Assembly: GCA_028682915.1 (NCBI GenBank)
Contig: JAJRAN010000076.1
Coordinates: 1 to 50,650 of the forward strand
DNA: 50,650 nt
Direction: 5' to 3'
From: Methanomassiliicoccales archaeon
GTDB taxonomy: Archaea; Thermoplasmatota; Thermoplasmata; Methanomassiliicoccales; UBA472
The translations under genes and the position numbers were made by a program. A model generated the notes under the pieces. It saw only the letters and a program-made list of their open reading frames with translations, made no database searches and had not been told where the DNA came from. This document shows positions 45,929 through 50,650 of the stretch, piece by piece; positions within the stretch are counted from its first letter, which is position 1; every line of letters starts with the position of its first letter.

Positions 45929-46732
45929 TCATCTGCCCTCGTCCTTCAACAGGCGAGTGGTTATCTCCACCAGAGGATGGTGTGACGCGTCGATGATCTT
46001 GACGTCGTCCAAGGTGTTGAGCCCGTGCTCCTTGGCCGTCTTCTCCATTCCCAGCTCCACGTCCCTATCGGGCTGGAGCACCACGGCGGAGAACTGCTTC
46101 ACCCCCATCTGCTTCGCGGCCAGGACGCGATGATGACCATCGACCAGAAGATAATAATCACGCTTCTGCACCACGATTATCGGCTCGACCAGACCCCTTT
46201 TTATCTCCTCTTGGCGGCCTAGCAGCTCATCGGCGAACACCTCCCACTGCGTCGGCCTCAATTCCTCGATGGGTATGACTCGGCGCTTGACCACGATGCT
46301 TATGCCGTGCTTCTTCTCCAGGAAGGTCTTGACCATCAGAACCTTGTTGGGGGTGGCCCTCTCGATATGCGAACGGACCACGTCCAGATTGGATATGATG
46401 CCGATGAGCATGCCCTTCTCGTTGATGACCGGTACATTGCGCAGCCCATAGCGGAAAAGCACCCTTGCCGCATCGTCCAGGTCCATGTCAGGGCTCACCG
46501 AATAGGTGCCGCGGCGGATGATGGAGCGGATCTTGGCCTCGGGACGGTTGATGTTCCTGAGAAGCTCCTTGGCGGTGACGAAGCCGATCAGCCTTCCCTT
46601 GTCCGTGACAGGTAGGCCATGGAACTCGGTATGAGTGAGCTTGTCGATGGCCTGCTGAACGGTGAAATCCCCGGGGATGGAAATGACGTCCCGGATCATG
46701 TAGTCCTCGACCCTGAGCTTCTTGTCCTCCAT
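45929..46732 (-). CDS. CBS-pair plus ParB/Srx-like domain protein
   Basis: VEDYMIRDV, GLPV.D.G.LIG, NVPV.N..G.LIGII, LRPTQ, EPIIV, LVDGHHR. Confidence 0.85.
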   Translation of the reverse strand: MEDKKLRVEDYMIRDVISIPGDFTVQQAIDKLTHTEFHGLPVTDKGRLIGFVTAKELLRNINRPEAKIRSIIRRGTYSVSPDMDLDDAARVLFRYGLRNVPVINEKGMLIGIISNLDVVRSHIERATPNKVLMVKTFLEKKHGISIVVKRRVIPIEELRPTQWEVFADELLGRQEEIKRGLVEPIIVVQKRDYYLLVDGHHRVLAAKQMGVKQFSAVVLQPDRDVELGMEKTAKEHGLNTLDDVKIIDASHHPLVEITTRLLKDEGR

Positions 46733-46892
46733 GTCGCAACTCGATTGCATTCACCGATAAAGAGTTTGCAGTGGGCCTATCACCCATGAGAAAGGCGTGG
46801 AGAGGTCGAGCGCTCATCGACCAGAGAGGTGGGCGCGGCCCTCCATACCTCAACTGATAAATAGGACTAATTTATTCTGGAGACCACCGCAA

Positions 46893-46968
46893 GCCCTGGT
46901 AGTGTAGCGGCCTATCATGAAGCCCTGTCGAGGCTTCGACTCGGGTTCAAATCCCGACCAGGGCGCCA
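46893..46968 (+). tRNA. tRNA-Asp (GTC)
   Basis: GCCCTGG/CCAGGGC acceptor stem, AAGCC-ct-GTC-ga-GGCTT, GTTCAAATC, encoded CCA, T-run after. Confidence 0.96.
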
Positions 46969-47015
46969 TTCTTTTTCACGCTCTAAAATCGTTCGACAGA
47001 GCTCCACTTTCTTTC

Positions 47016-48107
47016 TCACTTAATGAGCGGGAGCGCCTCAGCTTTAAGGCGCCTGATGGTCTCATCTACCTCCCCTGGCACTTCCTCTGGCTCGGGCATG
47101 CCCTGCTTGTCGTGCAGCGCCTCGAAGGCCTTCATATCCTTCGGATACACACCAGATATGGTGCAGAACATTATCGCCCAGCAGCGAGGAACGGCCTCGA
47201 GATTGTAGCCGCCACCTCCCACGACCATGTACTGGCCATTGCAGAGCCTGTGGGCCGCGTCGTGGGTCATCTTCGCTATGCTCTCGTAGGCATGTGTGGT
47301 CAGCCCCAGTCCGACCAGGGGGTCGGAGAAGTGCGCATCGACCCCGAACTGGTGGATGATCATGTCCGGTCGGTACTCGTCCAGGGCGGTCATGACTATC
47401 TCCCTGTAGGCTTTTAGATAGGTCCCATCCCCGGTGCGGAAGGGCAGGGGGACATTGATCGCGTATCCCTTGCCGTACCCCTCGCCTGTCTCCCTGGTAT
47501 TCCCTGTCCCTGGATAGAATCCAGAGCTGAGATGGTGCAGGGACACGGTGAGGATCTTCTCCTTGTAGAACACCGATTGCGTGCCGTCGCCGTGATGCCC
47601 ATCGATGTCGATGATGGCTACCCGCTCCTTCTTGAATCGCCGCTGCAACGCCCGCACCGCCACCGCGATGTCGTTGAAGACGCAGAAGCCGGACGAGCAT
47701 TCCGAGCGGGCGTGGTGGAGTCCTCCGGCGGGGTTGAAGGCGTGCAGGAACCTTCCGTTCACGATGCCTTCCACCCCATCCAAGGTGGCGCCGACCGCAG
47801 CCAGGCTCCCCTCGTACAATGTCTCCGTGGCCGGGGTGTCCCCCCTGTCCAAGAGTCCTCCTCCGGATTGGCAGCGCTTCTTCACGAAATCGATGTGCTG
47901 TTGGCTATGGACCATGAGCAGGTCCTGTTCGGTCGCTGGTTGGGTCTTGTAGATGATGGCGTGGTCGCCGAAAATGCCCATGCCTTCCAACAGCTCCCGG
48001 GTCTTCCAATCCCGATGTGGTTGCCAGGGATGGTTCTCCCCGAAGTAGTATTTGGGGAATTCCTCATTATATAGGAAGGCGCAATGGTCCCCAGTCATAG
48101 AGGCCAC
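47016..48107 (-). CDS. Zn-dependent deacetylase, AcuC/histone deacetylase family
   Basis: GENHP, GGLHHA, GFCVFND, DIDGHHGDG, YPGTG, GVDAH..DPL, GGGGY. Confidence 0.92.
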   Translation of the reverse strand: MASMTGDHCAFLYNEEFPKYYFGENHPWQPHRDWKTRELLEGMGIFGDHAIIYKTQPATEQDLLMVHSQQHIDFVKKRCQSGGGLLDRGDTPATETLYEGSLAAVGATLDGVEGIVNGRFLHAFNPAGGLHHARSECSSGFCVFNDIAVAVRALQRRFKKERVAIIDIDGHHGDGTQSVFYKEKILTVSLHHLSSGFYPGTGNTRETGEGYGKGYAINVPLPFRTGDGTYLKAYREIVMTALDEYRPDMIIHQFGVDAHFSDPLVGLGLTTHAYESIAKMTHDAAHRLCNGQYMVVGGGGYNLEAVPRCWAIMFCTISGVYPKDMKAFEALHDKQGMPEPEEVPGEVDETIRRLKAEALPLIK

Positions 48108-48168
48108 CTTAAACTTGGGCTAGTATAAATCTGTGATGGGGACTTAAGGCAATCGTAGAAAAGCCACG

Positions 48169-48498
48169 TCATTCGACGAAATGGAGGCAAAGTGGGCTCC
48201 TCCCCTTGGCCAAGGTCCTGGATATCATCCCAAGCTCCACCCAGGCGCAATTGAAGATTGCCGTCGGCACCAGGCAGGTGGTCGTCAGTCCCGACCGCGA
48301 GGCCAGGTCGAGGATGCGGTTGTTCGTCCAATCCGTGAGGTCGTCCATGTCGGCCTCCTTCAGAAGCCCGGCGAAGTGAGCGACGCTGGGGCAGTTGGTA
48401 TCGATATCGATGGAGACCTTTCCCCCGCCGATGTCCTTGACCACTATGGTGGTCGAATTGTCGCATATTGTGGCATCCACCCTGACCTTCGAAGGCAT
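48169..48498 (-). CDS. Small Cys-containing protein (DUF6951-like)
   Basis: V.A.IC...T, I.T.CP, CLVP pattern. Confidence 0.6.
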   Translation of the reverse strand: MPSKVRVDATICDNSTTIVVKDIGGGKVSIDIDTNCPSVAHFAGLLKEADMDDLTDWTNNRILDLASRSGLTTTCLVPTAIFNCAWVELGMISRTLAKGRSPLCLHFVE

Positions 48499-48558
48499 TC
48501 CAGCACCTAATCTAGGAACGGGGGTCGGGGATATTAAGAATCGTGGCTGAGCTCACCC

Positions 48559-49356
48559 TCAGTTGGCAGACACCGTCCCCAGGATGGTGAGGCTGTAGGC
48601 GTTGATGCGCTCGTCGTATTGCACCAAGGAGCGTATCTTGAAGACCTTCTCCACGTTATCCTGGGTAAGCACCTCTGGGACCTTTCCGGCCGAGAGCACC
48701 CTTCCCTCGCTGAGCAATATCAGCTTGTCGCAGAAACGGGCGGCCAGATTGAGGTCGTGCGAGACCATTATCACCGTGAGCTTCTCGCGGTCGGCCAGCT
48801 CCTTCACCAATTCCATAATCTCCATCTGGTGGTTGACGTCCAGATGCAGCGTCGGTTCGTCCAGGAGCATTATCTTCGGTTGCTGGGCCAGCGCCCGCGC
48901 TATGATCACCCTCTGCCTCTCGCCTCCGGATAGCTGGTTCATGGAGCGTCCTGCGAGGCCGCTCACGCTGGTCGCGTCCATGGACCTCTTCACTATCGCG
49001 ATGTCCTCCTTGGCCTCGCGCTGGAACCTGTCCATGGAGGGGTTGCGGCCCATCATGACGACCTCCAGCGCAGTGAAGGGGAAGGTGATGACGCAGTTCT
49101 GGGGGACCACCGCCATCTCGCTGGCGATCTCCCTGCGGCTCATTGACCCTATCTCCTTGTCCTCCACCATCACCGTGCCCTTGGAAGGAGAGAGGGCGCG
49201 GTTCATGCAACGCAGGAGCGTCGTCTTGCCGGAGCCGTTAGGGCCTAAGACGCCGATGATCTCGCCCTCCTTGGCCTCAAAGGCCACGTCCTTCAGCACG
49301 GGGACGGAGTTGTAGGCGAACTCGATACCCTGGACGCTGAGGCGCATGTTCACCAT
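48559..49356 (-). CDS. ABC transporter ATP-binding protein (iron-chelate/cobalamin family)
   Basis: GPNGSGKT, LSGGERQRV.IARALAQ, LLDEPT.HLD..HQ, HDLNLAAR. Confidence 0.93.
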   Translation of the reverse strand: MVNMRLSVQGIEFAYNSVPVLKDVAFEAKEGEIIGVLGPNGSGKTTLLRCMNRALSPSKGTVMVEDKEIGSMSRREIASEMAVVPQNCVITFPFTALEVVMMGRNPSMDRFQREAKEDIAIVKRSMDATSVSGLAGRSMNQLSGGERQRVIIARALAQQPKIMLLDEPTLHLDVNHQMEIMELVKELADREKLTVIMVSHDLNLAARFCDKLILLSEGRVLSAGKVPEVLTQDNVEKVFKIRSLVQYDERINAYSLTILGTVSAN

Positions 49357-50408
49357 TCCGTCGCCTCCCTCTTCCGCCTCAGTAGATAGAGGAAGAACGG
49401 CCCGCCCATGAGGGCGGTGATTATGCCCACCGGTAGCTCCTGGGGCGCCATGACCGTCCTGGCCACGGTGTCGGTCAGGATCAGGAATATCGCCCCGCCG
49501 AGCAAGGAGGCGGGGAACAGGATCCGGTTATCGGGCCCGATGAGCATGCGCATGATGTGGGGTACGATGAGGCCAACGAAGGCGATGACCCCGGTGAAGG
49601 CGACTGCCGCCCCGGTGACCAGCGCGGCCCCGGAGAGCATTATCTTGGTGGTGGTCTTGGGGTCCACGCCCAGGCTGGTGGCGTGGGTCTCGCCCACGAT
49701 CATGGCGTTCAGGTCCCGGGAGAAGGCGAAGAGCAAGATGAAACCAGGGATGAGGAACGCGAGAACGATCCAGAACTGGGACCAGTTGGCCAGGCTAAGG
49801 CTCCCCATCATCCAGAAGACCACCCTCTCCATCGTCCCGGTGGACCCCTGCGCCGCCAGTATCTGCATCAGGGACACCAGGGCCGAGAAGAACGCGCCGA
49901 CGGCAATGCCGGCCAGGAGAAGGGTCGTGGTGGGCAATGCGCCCTCCACCTTGCCCAGCATATAGACCAGGAACAGGGTGAGCATGGCGAAGAGGAAGGC
50001 CGATACGGGAATGGCGAAATCCCCCGCGACCACGGTGAACCCCAGGACGATGGTAAGGGAGGCACCGAAGGCCGCGCCTTGCGATATCCCGATGACCGAA
50101 GGTGATGCCATCGGGTTCTTGAATATGCCTTGCAGGGCCGTGCCGGCGATGGAGAGGCACGCGCCAACGACCCCCGCCAGAAGAATGCGCGGCAACCTGA
50201 CCTGCTGGATGATGTTCACTTCATAGGCTGGGATGCCCGCAGTGTTGCCAATGAGTATCGCCAGGACCCGGTCCGGAGGGATGTACACCGTCCCCAGGCA
50301 GATGCAGAGGACGATGGCGATGAATAGCGCCCCGATCAGCACGATCAATGCCAGCGTCCACTTACCCAGCTTTTCAGCATGGAGCTGCTCGATCGGCTTG
50401 GCCTCCAT
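49350..50408 (-). CDS. FecCD/BtuC-family ABC permease
   Basis: RLPRI, LQGIFKNP.A.P..IG.S.GA, W.MGSL, A.SLGV, FVGLIVPH, ELPVG; ATG at 50408. Confidence 0.93.
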   Translation of the reverse strand: MEAKPIEQLHAEKLGKWTLALIVLIGALFIAIVLCICLGTVYIPPDRVLAILIGNTAGIPAYEVNIIQQVRLPRILLAGVVGACLSIAGTALQGIFKNPMASPSVIGISQGAAFGASLTIVLGFTVVAGDFAIPVSAFLFAMLTLFLVYMLGKVEGALPTTTLLLAGIAVGAFFSALVSLMQILAAQGSTGTMERVVFWMMGSLSLANWSQFWIVLAFLIPGFILLFAFSRDLNAMIVGETHATSLGVDPKTTTKIMLSGAALVTGAAVAFTGVIAFVGLIVPHIMRMLIGPDNRILFPASLLGGAIFLILTDTVARTVMAPQELPVGIITALMGGPFFLYLLRRKREATEW

Positions 50409-50410
50409 GC

Positions 50411-50650
50411 TCAGGCCCCCTGCTGCTCGCCATGCAAGGAGTCCTTCCCTGACATGGAGAGGTACTCCTTGACGCTCAGGATGGAGCATGTGACCCTCGG
50501 CATGTGCCTCTTGGCGGCAATGACCGCGTCCGCCATCTCGTCGCGGGTCGGCCTCCTCCACGGGAGTCCGGGAACCGGGATGTAGCCGGTGATGTGCAGG
50601 GGGACGTCGTTGCCCACCTTGGCCACGAACTTGGCTATCTCCTCTATCTC
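50411..50650 (-). CDS. C-terminal part of a probable radical SAM (activating-enzyme-like) protein, truncated by the window edge
   Basis: Open to window end: EIEEIAKFVAKVGNDVPLHITGYIP...PT..EM. Confidence 0.55.
   Translation of the reverse strand, partial: EIEEIAKFVAKVGNDVPLHITGYIPVPGLPWRRPTRDEMADAVIAAKRHMPRVTCSILSVKEYLSMSGKDSLHGEQQGA

Overview
GC-rich archaeal chromosomal segment: TATA/BRE promoters, GGAGG/GGTGA ribosome-binding sites, and archaeal-type NAC, RNase HII, GlmU, MptA, Hpt and Por subunits. The gene set best fits an anaerobic Thermoplasmata archaeon such as Methanomassiliicoccales (inference, no search run). Most of the window is housekeeping: glmS/glmU, glpABC, rnhB, mptA, gatCAB, aspS, AlaX, glnA, nac, hypC, porCDAB, ppsA, ABC transporters, initiator tRNA-Met and tRNA-Asp. 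No CRISPR array, transposase or integrase was seen. Main points: (1) a split PolB2 module (Walker-A-less RadA paralog with a C-terminal PIP box, a small helical protein and PolB2) whose two promoters are 30/39 identical and carry an ACTTTC box exactly 28 nt before the TATA box, suggesting an SOS-like damage regulon; (2) a solo Cas4-family nuclease with four transmembrane helices inserted inside its Fe-S staple, next to a CDIN1/C15orf41-like nuclease; (3) an unannotated kinase locus bracketed by two paralogous microproteins, one absent from the ORF track; (4) a bacterial-type non-discriminating AspRS next to gatCAB; (5) an ATATTTGTC motif shared by the Lrp and glnA upstream regions. Product calls rest on motif recognition by eye.
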